DNA of 64,000 bases from Clostridia bacterium (GTDB lineage: Bacteria > Bacillota > Clostridia > Saccharofermentanales > Saccharofermentanaceae). Below are positions 18,745 through 27,607 of this stretch, piece after piece. The stretch is taken from positions 3,514 through 67,513 of the forward strand of contig JAEEIT010000186.1 in the NCBI GenBank assembly GCA_016281535.1, written 5' to 3'. Numbering within the stretch: position 1 is the stretch's first letter; every line of letters begins with the position of its first letter. The notes beneath the pieces are model-generated. The model saw only the letters and a program-made list of their open reading frames with translations, made no database searches and was not told the DNA's origin. The position numbers and the translations under genes are program-made.

Positions 18745-20331
18745 ATGGATGCGTGTTTGTATGTAATCATTCAGCAGTGGAAGAATGACTTCCGCAAGAA
18801 GAAAAAGCAGCCGCCGTTCTGGATCGGTGTGTTGCTTGTTTCGCTGTACCTTGTGTACTGTGTCGTGCAGATGGTGCTTCGTCTCGGCAAGTCTTCATCG
18901 ATGACGGATGGAACGGTCAAGTTCCAGTCACTTTCCACTGTAGCATTCCTTTTCGTTTCTTTCGTGGTCCTTCTTCTGGGTATTGTGAAGGGAAATAACT
19001 GGTTTACCCGAGCGGATATCAATCTCATGTTCGTCTCTCCCATATCGCCGACGCAGGAACTTCTCTACGGTATGTTAAGAAGGCTGATCGTCAGCGTTCC
19101 GGTCACTCTGATCCTTATCACCCAGTTTCCGAATATCCACTACTATTTCCATGTCTCTGCCGTTGATCTGCTGATCATGCTCCTGACATGGCTGCTTCTG
19201 ATATTCACGATCACGGTCGTTTCCATTGCTCTGTATTCTGCGACCGCCATGCACCCGCGTATCCGCAGGCTGATCCTTGTTGCGATGTTTTTCTGTGGCG
19301 GTACGGTGATCCTGGGTGCTGTCGTTGCACTGTGGCGCAGTGGCGCGAGTATGAGCGGCGTAAATTCTTTTCTGACCGACCCGGCGCTCCATGTCGTTCC
19401 TTTCGGCGGGTGGGCGGCCGGATTCCTTGTGAATATGATGTCCGGTCAGGTATATACGGCCATTATCTATCTGGCTCTTCTGCTGGTCATGCCGGTCGTG
19501 GGCATGGCCCTGATCGTTCTGAACAGTTCTGACTATTATGAAGAAGTACTTGCATCTATCGGACATGGATACGGTATCCTGCACGAATCCGAACAGGATG
19601 CTGCCGCCGGGCATATCCACCGCAGAAGAAAGACGCACCTGTTCGGGTTAAGTTCCGGAGAAGTGGCTCTTATGCAGCGCCGGATCACGGAACAGAGCAA
19701 GGGTACTTTCCTGCTTCTGGACCGGATCTCGGTCATCATGTTCGGTGTGGCCACTTTCCTCGGTGCCGTGATGCACGTGTTTATGAGGAAGGGCATGTAT
19801 CCGTTCATCATGGAAGTAATCACGCTGGCGGTGCTGAGCTATATGAGTATTTTCACGCTTCCTGCAGAGAAATTCGTAGAAGAACTTCAGAAACCGTTTA
19901 TCTTCCTTATGCCGGGAAGACCGGTCAAGAAACTCCTGTTCGCATCGGCAGCGCCGATGCTCAAATGCCTGATGGAGAGTGCCATCTGTCTTACGATCGT
20001 GGCAGCCTTCTCGAATCTGCCGGCTTCGTTCGTGTTCTATGGTGCGATGTTCCAGTCTTCGGCGATCCTGCTTTATTGTGCGGCTTATGTCGCATCCGTC
20101 CGGACTTTAGGGCTGAACCACTCTGAATTCTCAAGGAAAGCCCTTGCCATGGCAGTCGTGTCGGCAATATTCATGTTTGAGATGTCTCTCGGAATCAACG
20201 TCGGTCATGAGCTTTATGTAGCCTCGACGACGATCTTCGTCATTGTTTTCCTGTTCCTGGCGGTATGTAATCTTATTGCTGCCATGGTGTTCTTCTCCAG
20301 CGCCAAGAGTATCCTCGAATACTGGGACTAA
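18745..20331 (+). CDS. Polytopic 'putative ABC exporter' family permease
   Basis: A 528-aa protein with about 12 hydrophobic helices and a central cytoplasmic loop. Its start is 1 nt after the ATPase stop. The architecture matches the ABC_export-type permeases paired with ABC-2 ATPases. Confidence 0.65.
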   Translation: MDACLYVIIQQWKNDFRKKKKQPPFWIGVLLVSLYLVYCVVQMVLRLGKSSSMTDGTVKFQSLSTVAFLFVSFVVLLLGIVKGNNWFTRADINLMFVSPISPTQELLYGMLRRLIVSVPVTLILITQFPNIHYYFHVSAVDLLIMLLTWLLLIFTITVVSIALYSATAMHPRIRRLILVAMFFCGGTVILGAVVALWRSGASMSGVNSFLTDPALHVVPFGGWAAGFLVNMMSGQVYTAIIYLALLLVMPVVGMALIVLNSSDYYEEVLASIGHGYGILHESEQDAAAGHIHRRRKTHLFGLSSGEVALMQRRITEQSKGTFLLLDRISVIMFGVATFLGAVMHVFMRKGMYPFIMEVITLAVLSYMSIFTLPAEKFVEELQKPFIFLMPGRPVKKLLFASAAPMLKCLMESAICLTIVAAFSNLPASFVFYGAMFQSSAILLYCAAYVASVRTLGLNHSEFSRKALAMAVVSAIFMFEMSLGINVGHELYVASTTIFVIVFLFLAVCNLIAAMVFFSSAKSILEYWD

Positions 20332-20346
20332 ACGGGGGATATGGGG

Positions 20347-22758
20347 ATGAGACCTGCTGCTAAACGTATTCTGGCTGTTGTTCTGGCCGCTGCGATGGTG
20401 TGTCCGCTTGCATCCTGTAGAAGAAAGAAGAAACCTCAGAAAACGATCATCCAGGAATCAGATCCCTATTTCGATGCGCATGTAACGGAACTGGATATTC
20501 CGCTGGAATCAGAGTCGGACAAAACTATTTCGTACAAGGGTATTTCAGATGAAGAATTTATCGGAGACAAGATCGTTGCACCGTATTCTGTGTCCTACGA
20601 AATACCGGAAGATATATGGGATGCGTTTGATGAGGAGGACCTGACACAAGAAGAAATAGAGAATGTGATGCGGTATATAGATGAATTCTACGTCAATGGT
20701 GTGGCAATCTTCAATCTGAATGGAGAACTGCTCTCTACTATAGAAATCGGCGATGAGTATCAGGTGGCCTGCATAGGAGAAGGAAGAGATGGAAGTATTC
20801 TGATGGTGCAGGTCGTTTATATTTATTCCGAAAGCGAAGATATGAATAATACCCAATACACTCTCTGCAAATACGACGACGAAGGAAATCAGATATTTAA
20901 TATACATATTCCGGATGCCATGGACTTCTATCCGAATTACGTCTGTGAATTGGATAACGGCATGTTTGCCCTATCAAGCAACGGTGCACTTTTCGTGATG
21001 ACAGACGATGGGAAAGAAGTCGGGCTGGTAGAAAATGACGAGATACAGGGAACACTTTTCCCGTGTGGTGAAGAACTGTATGCGTCTGTGATGAGATCTG
21101 ATCCGGAGACTTCCCTGTTTGGCAGTTATCTGGTGAAGGTTGATCTGGAAAAGGTAGATCTTACAAATGCGAACATCCGGTTGGAAGGCGTCTATACTAT
21201 CTGCCCGGATGGAAAGGATGGCGGTATCGTCATCACCGCATCCGGAATGGAACATCTGGATCTACATAGCGGAAAACTAAGTGAAGTCCTGAAATGGGAC
21301 AGCACAGATGTAAACTACAGTAACATCACTAGTATCCGCATGTATTCGGAGGATCATGTTGCCTTCATGAGAGAAGTGTGGAAAGCCGAAGATGAGAGCG
21401 GCGAATGGAACGAACGTGTCTATATTTCCGAACTTAGAAGGGCACAGTCAAATCCGCATGCCGGGAAGACTTATATTGAGCTGGGCATGACAGGAGCACC
21501 GGGCTACGCACTTGTGGATTATATCAACTCTTATAATGCAGAGCCGGGCAACAAGGCAAGGATCCGTATCCGTGATTATGCTGTAAACACCGGAGAAATG
21601 GTCTCTCTTACAGATGTGAATGCTGCTTCTGAGAAGATGTATCAGGACATTCTTTCCGGTACGGGTCCGGATATTCTTGTGGATTTTTCCGGATACAGCC
21701 AGTTTAATTCCGAAGATGTTCTGGTGGATCTGAACACATTTATTGACGGGGAGAACGGACTGAACCGCGAGGAGTATTTCGATAATGTGCTGTCTGCTTT
21801 TGAGACGAGGGACAAACTTTTCCATGTTCCGATCTGTTTTGATATACGTGGACTTCTGGGGAATATGAAAATGGTCGGTTCACGCTCAGGCTGGACATAC
21901 CCGGAGTTTTCTCATATCGCTGAGAATCTGGATCCGGAAGTGATGGTTCTTACGCCAATGACCTACGGGCTTCTTCTGGAATCACTTCTGTCCTGTGCGA
22001 TGAATAACTTTGTGGATTATGAGAAAAAAGAGGTGTTCTTTGACGGAGATGAATTCCGGCAGCTGCTGCAGATCGTAAAGGAATATGGTTCCGAGAATGT
22101 GGAGATGCCGGTTATTCCGGAAGGAGAAGAGTTCTTCGAGTCGGGATATTATTATTTTCCGAATTATAATGATGTCGAGATGATGGAAGCGGGAATGCTG
22201 GCCCTCATGGATACATACGTTTACAGACTCGAACAATATGCAATCAATTCCTCGATTTTAAATGGCAGAGTCGTGTATGTCGGGATGCCGTCTCCGGACG
22301 GAACCGGCATGATGGCAGCGCCTATGCTGACGATGGCGATCTCTGCTTTCTCGGACAGCAAAGAGGAAGCCTGGGATTTCATCCGGCGCATGTTCGATGA
22401 AGATTCCCAGTATGAATATACGACATCGTATACATCTATTCCTTTGAACCGGAAGGCGTTTGACAGAGCCAACGAGGCTGCGGTCAGACAGAGTGAGTGG
22501 GAATATAAGCAGTACGAGGAGAATGCACTGCGGTATGGAGTGGATGTGGCTGAAATGCCGATCCGCATCACTTCCGAGCATGTAGAAGGATTCCTGGGGC
22601 TGGTGGAAAGCGTCAGTACGATCGTGTCGGTCGATCCTGCGGTACTGGCTATTATACAGGAAGAAGCGGCCGGCTATTTCGCGGATCAGAAGAGTCTGGA
22701 TGACGTGTGCCGGAACATCCAGAACCGCACGACGACCATCGTAAACGAGAGAAAATAG
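20347..22758 (+). CDS. Large lipoprotein: beta-rich N-terminal domain fused to a family-1 solute-binding-like domain (paralog 1)
   Basis: Lipoprotein signal MRPAAKRILAVVLAAAMVCPLASC. The C-terminal half is SBP_bac_1-like (GTGPDILVDFSGYSQFNSEDVLVDLN...). It is clearly alignable with the next gene. ATG 20347 has better SD spacing than 20341. Confidence 0.8.
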   Translation: MRPAAKRILAVVLAAAMVCPLASCRRKKKPQKTIIQESDPYFDAHVTELDIPLESESDKTISYKGISDEEFIGDKIVAPYSVSYEIPEDIWDAFDEEDLTQEEIENVMRYIDEFYVNGVAIFNLNGELLSTIEIGDEYQVACIGEGRDGSILMVQVVYIYSESEDMNNTQYTLCKYDDEGNQIFNIHIPDAMDFYPNYVCELDNGMFALSSNGALFVMTDDGKEVGLVENDEIQGTLFPCGEELYASVMRSDPETSLFGSYLVKVDLEKVDLTNANIRLEGVYTICPDGKDGGIVITASGMEHLDLHSGKLSEVLKWDSTDVNYSNITSIRMYSEDHVAFMREVWKAEDESGEWNERVYISELRRAQSNPHAGKTYIELGMTGAPGYALVDYINSYNAEPGNKARIRIRDYAVNTGEMVSLTDVNAASEKMYQDILSGTGPDILVDFSGYSQFNSEDVLVDLNTFIDGENGLNREEYFDNVLSAFETRDKLFHVPICFDIRGLLGNMKMVGSRSGWTYPEFSHIAENLDPEVMVLTPMTYGLLLESLLSCAMNNFVDYEKKEVFFDGDEFRQLLQIVKEYGSENVEMPVIPEGEEFFESGYYYFPNYNDVEMMEAGMLALMDTYVYRLEQYAINSSILNGRVVYVGMPSPDGTGMMAAPMLTMAISAFSDSKEEAWDFIRRMFDEDSQYEYTTSYTSIPLNRKAFDRANEAAVRQSEWEYKQYEENALRYGVDVAEMPIRITSEHVEGFLGLVESVSTIVSVDPAVLAIIQEEAAGYFADQKSLDDVCRNIQNRTTTIVNERK

Positions 22759-22847
22759 CAGAAACCGCACTATATTACAAATCTTTCATTTTTCCAACCG
22801 TAGAATATATATAATAAAATCGATAAGAACTCCACGGAGGTATGTTT

Positions 22848-25283
22848 ATGAAGAAGTGTGTGCGGAATGTATTGGCACTGGTTTTGTCAGTGGCCATGAT
22901 CCTTCCTCTTGCCGCATGTAATAAAGGCAAGAAAAAGGGCGGAAAGCAGAAGGTGGTCGCAGAAGACGACCCGTATTTTACGGCAACGGAGATCCCGATC
23001 GACCTGGATGTCGACAAGTCGAAGAAAGTCAACTACCAGGAGATCTATAATACCCAGTTGGCCGGGAATAGACTGATTGGAACCTATACGATCGATTATG
23101 AAATGCCTGAGGAAGTATCCAATAAGATAGAGGATCTGTATATGAATATGAAAGAGGGCGAAGAAATGGAGATCTATGAGCAGATCGAAGCCATTTACTC
23201 CGAGTATTCTTCTACGGGTCTTATCATGTTCGACATGGAAGGTAATATCATTAAGAAGTCTACGGGCGATATGACAACAAATTACACCAGTGGAATCACG
23301 CCCCTTTCGGATGGAACCTTCGTGGCACTTGCTTACTCATACGATATGGGCGAGTGTAAGGAATTCTTCACGATTCATTTCCTTGATGAAAACCTGGAAA
23401 AAACAAAAGAGATCAAATTGGATTCCGAAATCGAAGAAGCGTGGGGAGGCACGCTCTACCCGCTGGATAACGGTAACTTTATCTTCGCGACATATGGTTC
23501 GATCTGCGTCATTGACAAGGACGGCAAACTCCTTGGTAAAGATTCCGTTCAGGATATGGATGCCAGTACGATCTATAAAGTTGATGGCAAATATTACGTG
23601 AGCCTGTGGCATTATGACGAGATGGCCGGGACATCCAAGATCACACTTAATGAGATCGATATCAATACCGGTAAGATCAGCACTGACGGAAAGAAAGCCA
23701 GCAACATGCTTTGGGGCGTGAAGGAAAAAGACGGCGAATACTACTATTGTGGGTCGAACGGCATTGAGAAGATCGATATTTTCGACAGCAAGAAGGAAAG
23801 AGAGATGCTCCTGGAGTGGAACTGGACAGATGTGAACCACTCGAATATAGATGGTTCTTCTTTAAATATCGTTTCGGAAGACGAAATCTATTTCCTCAAG
23901 ACGACATACGAAGAAAGTGATGATCCGAGCGTGAAGTACAGCGGCTCCAAGACTTCACTGGTCAAGCTTGAGCGGGAAAAGAAGAATCCGCATGCCGGTA
24001 AGACGATCCTCCAGATCGGTGCGATGAATCTGTATGACAACAAGTTCATGGACTATATCGTTTCCTATAATACAGATAAGAGCAACAAATGCAGAATCCT
24101 TGTGAAGGATTATTCTGAGGACATGTATTCCGAAGAGGGAGACTACACGAAAGCCACTAAGGAAATGGCAGATAAGGTGTATCTTGAGATGATCGCCGGA
24201 GAAGGTCCGGATATTCTTCTGAATTTCTCTTCGTTCAGCCAGTTTAACAATGAAGACGTCCTCCTGGATCTCAATACCCTGATCGACGGAGAGAACGGGT
24301 TCAACCGGGATGACTATTTCGATAATGTGCTGAGGGCTTTCGAGACGAAGGGTAAGATGTATCAGATCCCGGTATGTGTGGATATCCACGGATTCCTTGC
24401 TAACCGTGATTTCGTCGGTGACAGAACATCGTGGAATTATGATGATTTCATGCAGATCGGCAAATCCCTTCCGGAGGATGTATCCATGATGGAAGAAACG
24501 ACCTGCGCAAGTCTTCTGGAAAGCCTGATCAGTGTGTCCGGAGATACATTCATCGACTATGAGAATAAGAAGGTCAACTTCGACAGTGAGGAGTTCAGAC
24601 AAGCACTTGAAATCGCAAAGACATTCGGAGTGCTTCATCTGTCGATGGATGATGGTGGCTACGTGGTTTATGACGGCATGATGGACGGCGGAGAATACGT
24701 CGATCCGATCGAGAAAGTCAAGAACGGCATGATGGCCATGACTTCCGTGTATTTCTACAGCCTGCAGCAGTATGCACAGTATTATTCCGCACTGAAAGAA
24801 AAGAGTGTATTCCTGGGTGCTCCGGCGCCGGAGTCTTCCGGTATGTCGGCACAGCCGATGATGACACTTGCCATCGCGAAGTCCTGCTCCGCGCAGGATG
24901 AGGCATGGGACTTCATCCGCTTCATGTTCGAAGAGGATCAGCAGATCTCTTATGCATATAGCTTCTATTCTGTACCGATCCTGCGTTCGGCACTGGAAGA
25001 GAAGAATAAGAAGGACATCAAGCAGTTCGAAGAAGAGAAGGAGAACGTGAAGCAGTGGGATCCGGAGTACTTCGAGAATTACTACAACTTTGACCTGAAT
25101 CAGGAAATGGCAGATGGCTTCATTAAGCTTATTGAGGGTGTCCGCACGATTACGAGCACGGACCCGGGCATCATGATGATCGTCAATGAAGAGGCGCCCG
25201 GTTTCTTCGAGAACCAGAGATCGGCAGAAGATGTCTGCAAGAACATCCAGAACCGTGCCACTACACTTCTCCACGAGAGGTGA
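22848..25283 (+). CDS. Large lipoprotein: beta-rich N-terminal domain fused to a family-1 solute-binding-like domain (paralog 2)
   Basis: Lipoprotein signal MKKCVRNVLALVLSVAMILPLAAC. It shares blocks with paralog 1 (NPHAGKT; GEGPDILLNFSSFSQFNNEDVLLDLNTLIDGENGFNRDDYFDNVLRAFET). ACGGAGG lies 7 nt before ATG 22848. Confidence 0.8.
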   Translation: MKKCVRNVLALVLSVAMILPLAACNKGKKKGGKQKVVAEDDPYFTATEIPIDLDVDKSKKVNYQEIYNTQLAGNRLIGTYTIDYEMPEEVSNKIEDLYMNMKEGEEMEIYEQIEAIYSEYSSTGLIMFDMEGNIIKKSTGDMTTNYTSGITPLSDGTFVALAYSYDMGECKEFFTIHFLDENLEKTKEIKLDSEIEEAWGGTLYPLDNGNFIFATYGSICVIDKDGKLLGKDSVQDMDASTIYKVDGKYYVSLWHYDEMAGTSKITLNEIDINTGKISTDGKKASNMLWGVKEKDGEYYYCGSNGIEKIDIFDSKKEREMLLEWNWTDVNHSNIDGSSLNIVSEDEIYFLKTTYEESDDPSVKYSGSKTSLVKLEREKKNPHAGKTILQIGAMNLYDNKFMDYIVSYNTDKSNKCRILVKDYSEDMYSEEGDYTKATKEMADKVYLEMIAGEGPDILLNFSSFSQFNNEDVLLDLNTLIDGENGFNRDDYFDNVLRAFETKGKMYQIPVCVDIHGFLANRDFVGDRTSWNYDDFMQIGKSLPEDVSMMEETTCASLLESLISVSGDTFIDYENKKVNFDSEEFRQALEIAKTFGVLHLSMDDGGYVVYDGMMDGGEYVDPIEKVKNGMMAMTSVYFYSLQQYAQYYSALKEKSVFLGAPAPESSGMSAQPMMTLAIAKSCSAQDEAWDFIRFMFEEDQQISYAYSFYSVPILRSALEEKNKKDIKQFEEEKENVKQWDPEYFENYYNFDLNQEMADGFIKLIEGVRTITSTDPGIMMIVNEEAPGFFENQRSAEDVCKNIQNRATTLLHER

Positions 25284-25302
25284 TCACGTCCTCGGATGGC
25301 TT

Positions 25303-25341
25303 GGTGACGGAACTGTCACTTTACGGTCACTTGAAAGTCAT
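25303..25341. promoter_or_regulatory. Phased GTCA(C/T) direct repeats (candidate regulator site or weak terminator)
   Basis: GTCAC at 25315, GTCAC at 25326 and GTCAT at 25337 have an exact 11-nt period. An inverted GGTGAC at 25303-25308 can pair with the first repeat (GTGAC/GTCAC followed by TTT). Confidence 0.3.
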
Positions 25342-25454
25342 ACCCGGATGAGAAAATGAACATGTCGAAAGGGAAAGACAACCTCCAATACCCCCTCTCC
25401 CGGACGACAGATAGCAAAGAACCTTTTACTATCTTCTATTTACTTTCATACCCC

Positions 25455-25482
25455 GGGAGCGAGGCCCACCCCCCTCGCTCCC
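25455..25482. other. Perfect 10-bp GC-rich hairpin in C-rich context
   Basis: GGGAGCGAGG (25455-25464), an 8-nt loop, then CCTCGCTCCC (25473-25482). There is no T-tract after it on either strand. Confidence 0.5.
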
Positions 25483-25580
25483 ACCCCTCCTCAAAAAAGA
25501 AGAGAATCTTAATACGATCACTACACAGTATGGTAGAATAAATCTGTTACTAGGCTGTGCGTACATATGAAGGAAAACCA

Positions 25581-26504
25581 ATGGCAACACACGAATATAA
25601 TCCTGAAGAGGTAAAGAAGAGACGAATCAGAGGCAGAAGGAAAAGAGCCCTTCGCGAATGGTTCGTCTTTACCGGTTATCTGACACCGAGCCTCCTCGGG
25701 GTTTTACTTTTCTTCTTCGGACCGATGCTGATCGTGCTGGTCCAGTCTTTCCAGAGAAGTGCAACCAATACCGAATTCGTAGGATTTGAGAATTATGTGC
25801 ACGTATGGAATAACAAGGCTTTCCGCACGGCTTCGGTCAATACTCTGATATTCGCCGGCCTGGCCGTGCCGCTGGCCGTACTTCTTTCCCTGCTTCTGGC
25901 GCTGCTTCTCAGCTCGAAGATCCCGGGAAAGAGCGTCTTCCGCAGCATCATGCTCAACCCTATGATGGTTCCGGTCGCATCGATCGTTCTGATCTGGCAG
26001 GTCATGTTCAGCTATAACGGTGCATTGAACACCTACCTGGGCTGGTTCGGGATCGATAAACTGGACTGGATGAAATCGAACTGGTCGAGACTGGTTATCC
26101 TGATATTGTTCCTGTGGAAGAACCTCGGATACAATATGGTGCTCTTTATCTCCGCGATCTCGGCCGTTCCTTCCGAGCAGCTTGAGTCGGCGAAGATGGA
26201 CGGAGCCGGAGCCGTGAGACGATTCTTCTCTATTAAGCTCCCTTATCTGTGGCCGACGATCTTCTTCGTCGGGATCATGTCCCTCATTAACTCCTTTAAG
26301 ATCTTCCGTGAAGTCTATCTTCTTGCCGGAGACTATCCTTACGATGCACTCTACATGCTTCAGAACTTCATGAACAACATGTTCTCGCATCTGGATAATG
26401 CGAAACTGACCGCAGCGGCGATCATCATGTGTATCGCCATGATCATCATTGTCGGTATCCTCTTCATTGCAGAGAACCGGCTCGGAAGAGATACGGAGGA
26501 GTAA
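25581..26504 (+). CDS. Carbohydrate-type ABC importer permease (MalF/BPD_transp_1 family)
   Basis: Six-TM pattern with the EAA-loop ESAKMDGAGAVRRFFSIKLPYLWPT. I chose ATG 25581 (MATHEY), preceded by GAAGGAAA. Confidence 0.85.
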   Translation: MATHEYNPEEVKKRRIRGRRKRALREWFVFTGYLTPSLLGVLLFFFGPMLIVLVQSFQRSATNTEFVGFENYVHVWNNKAFRTASVNTLIFAGLAVPLAVLLSLLLALLLSSKIPGKSVFRSIMLNPMMVPVASIVLIWQVMFSYNGALNTYLGWFGIDKLDWMKSNWSRLVILILFLWKNLGYNMVLFISAISAVPSEQLESAKMDGAGAVRRFFSIKLPYLWPTIFFVGIMSLINSFKIFREVYLLAGDYPYDALYMLQNFMNNMFSHLDNAKLTAAAIIMCIAMIIIVGILFIAENRLGRDTEE

Positions 26505-26506
26505 AG

Positions 26507-27574
26507 ATGAAAAAGAGAAACGAAATTACTCCGCTTCAGCCGATCTCCACTCCGGCGACCGAAGAGACCCACGATCACGGTTCGATCCGTGACATCGAAG
26601 AGGTCGAGATCGTCCGTCTTTCCGATGAAGAACTGGAAGCCCTACACGAGAAGGGAAGAGCCGATGCCAAACGCCGTATGCGCGTAAGGACTGTGGCGGA
26701 ACGCTTCTGGGTGACACTCGGTGTGATCCTTGCTCTTGCCGTGGCAGTCTTCGCGCTGATGCCGATCGTACTGACGATCCTCGATTCTTTCATGTCGACG
26801 GATGAGATTAAGACCAACTACAGCGCAGTCTATAACAGTTTGTCCTCTGCTTCTGCCGAGACGAAGACATACCTGTCCTCGACACCGAAGCTGAAGATGA
26901 TTCCGGACTTTGTATCGTTCAGCCAGTATAAGACGCTACTGTTCCTGAGCCCGACATATCTTCTGAAGTTCTGGAACTCCGTGGCACTGGTCGTACCGAT
27001 CGTACTCGGGCAGATCATGATAGGATGCCTCGCTTCTTACAGCTTCTCCAGATACAGAAGAAAGAGAAGAGAAGTTCTGTTCTTCTCCTACGTTATCCTG
27101 ATGCTGATGCCCTTCCAGGTCACACTGGTTCCGAACTATCTTATCGCCAAGAACCTGGGGATCTATAACACGTGGTGGGCGATCATCCTGCCGGGTGTAT
27201 TCTCTACCTTCAGTATCTTCCTTCTAAGTAAATATATGCGCCAGATCCCGTCTTCGTATATTGAAGCGGCCAAATTGGACGGCGCGAATGAATGGAACAT
27301 ATTCACGAAGATCTCACTTCCGATGTGTAAGAGTGCGATCTACGCGATGGCTATATTGCTGTTCATCGATTACTGGAACATGGTTGAACAGCCCCTGATC
27401 CTTCTTGAAGATGCGGGTAAGCAGCCGCTGTCCGTATTCTTAAGTCAGATCAATGCATCGGAGGTGGGTGTCGCGTTCGCCGCTTCGTTCATCTTCATGG
27501 TTCCACCGCTGCTCATATTCTTATATGGTGAGCAGTATCTGGTAGAAGGTATCTCCCGCTCGGGAATCAAATAA
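26507..27574 (+). CDS. Carbohydrate-type ABC importer permease (MalG-like) with roughly 90-aa cytoplasmic N-terminal extension
   Basis: EAA-loop IEAAKLDGANEWNIFTKISLPMCKSA. ATG 26507 lies 2 nt after the upstream stop. Confidence 0.85.
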   Translation: MKKRNEITPLQPISTPATEETHDHGSIRDIEEVEIVRLSDEELEALHEKGRADAKRRMRVRTVAERFWVTLGVILALAVAVFALMPIVLTILDSFMSTDEIKTNYSAVYNSLSSASAETKTYLSSTPKLKMIPDFVSFSQYKTLLFLSPTYLLKFWNSVALVVPIVLGQIMIGCLASYSFSRYRRKRREVLFFSYVILMLMPFQVTLVPNYLIAKNLGIYNTWWAIILPGVFSTFSIFLLSKYMRQIPSSYIEAAKLDGANEWNIFTKISLPMCKSAIYAMAILLFIDYWNMVEQPLILLEDAGKQPLSVFLSQINASEVGVAFAASFIFMVPPLLIFLYGEQYLVEGISRSGIK

Positions 27575-27607
27575 GTTTCGAAGGTATTTCGAAGGAGGTT
27601 TACTAAA

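Noticed and set aside
25356-25541. A 61-aa ORF in the spacer of the ABC locus.
   Set aside because: There is no SD, the composition is Pro/Ser-rich, and it runs through the perfect GC hairpin. It is probably non-coding.
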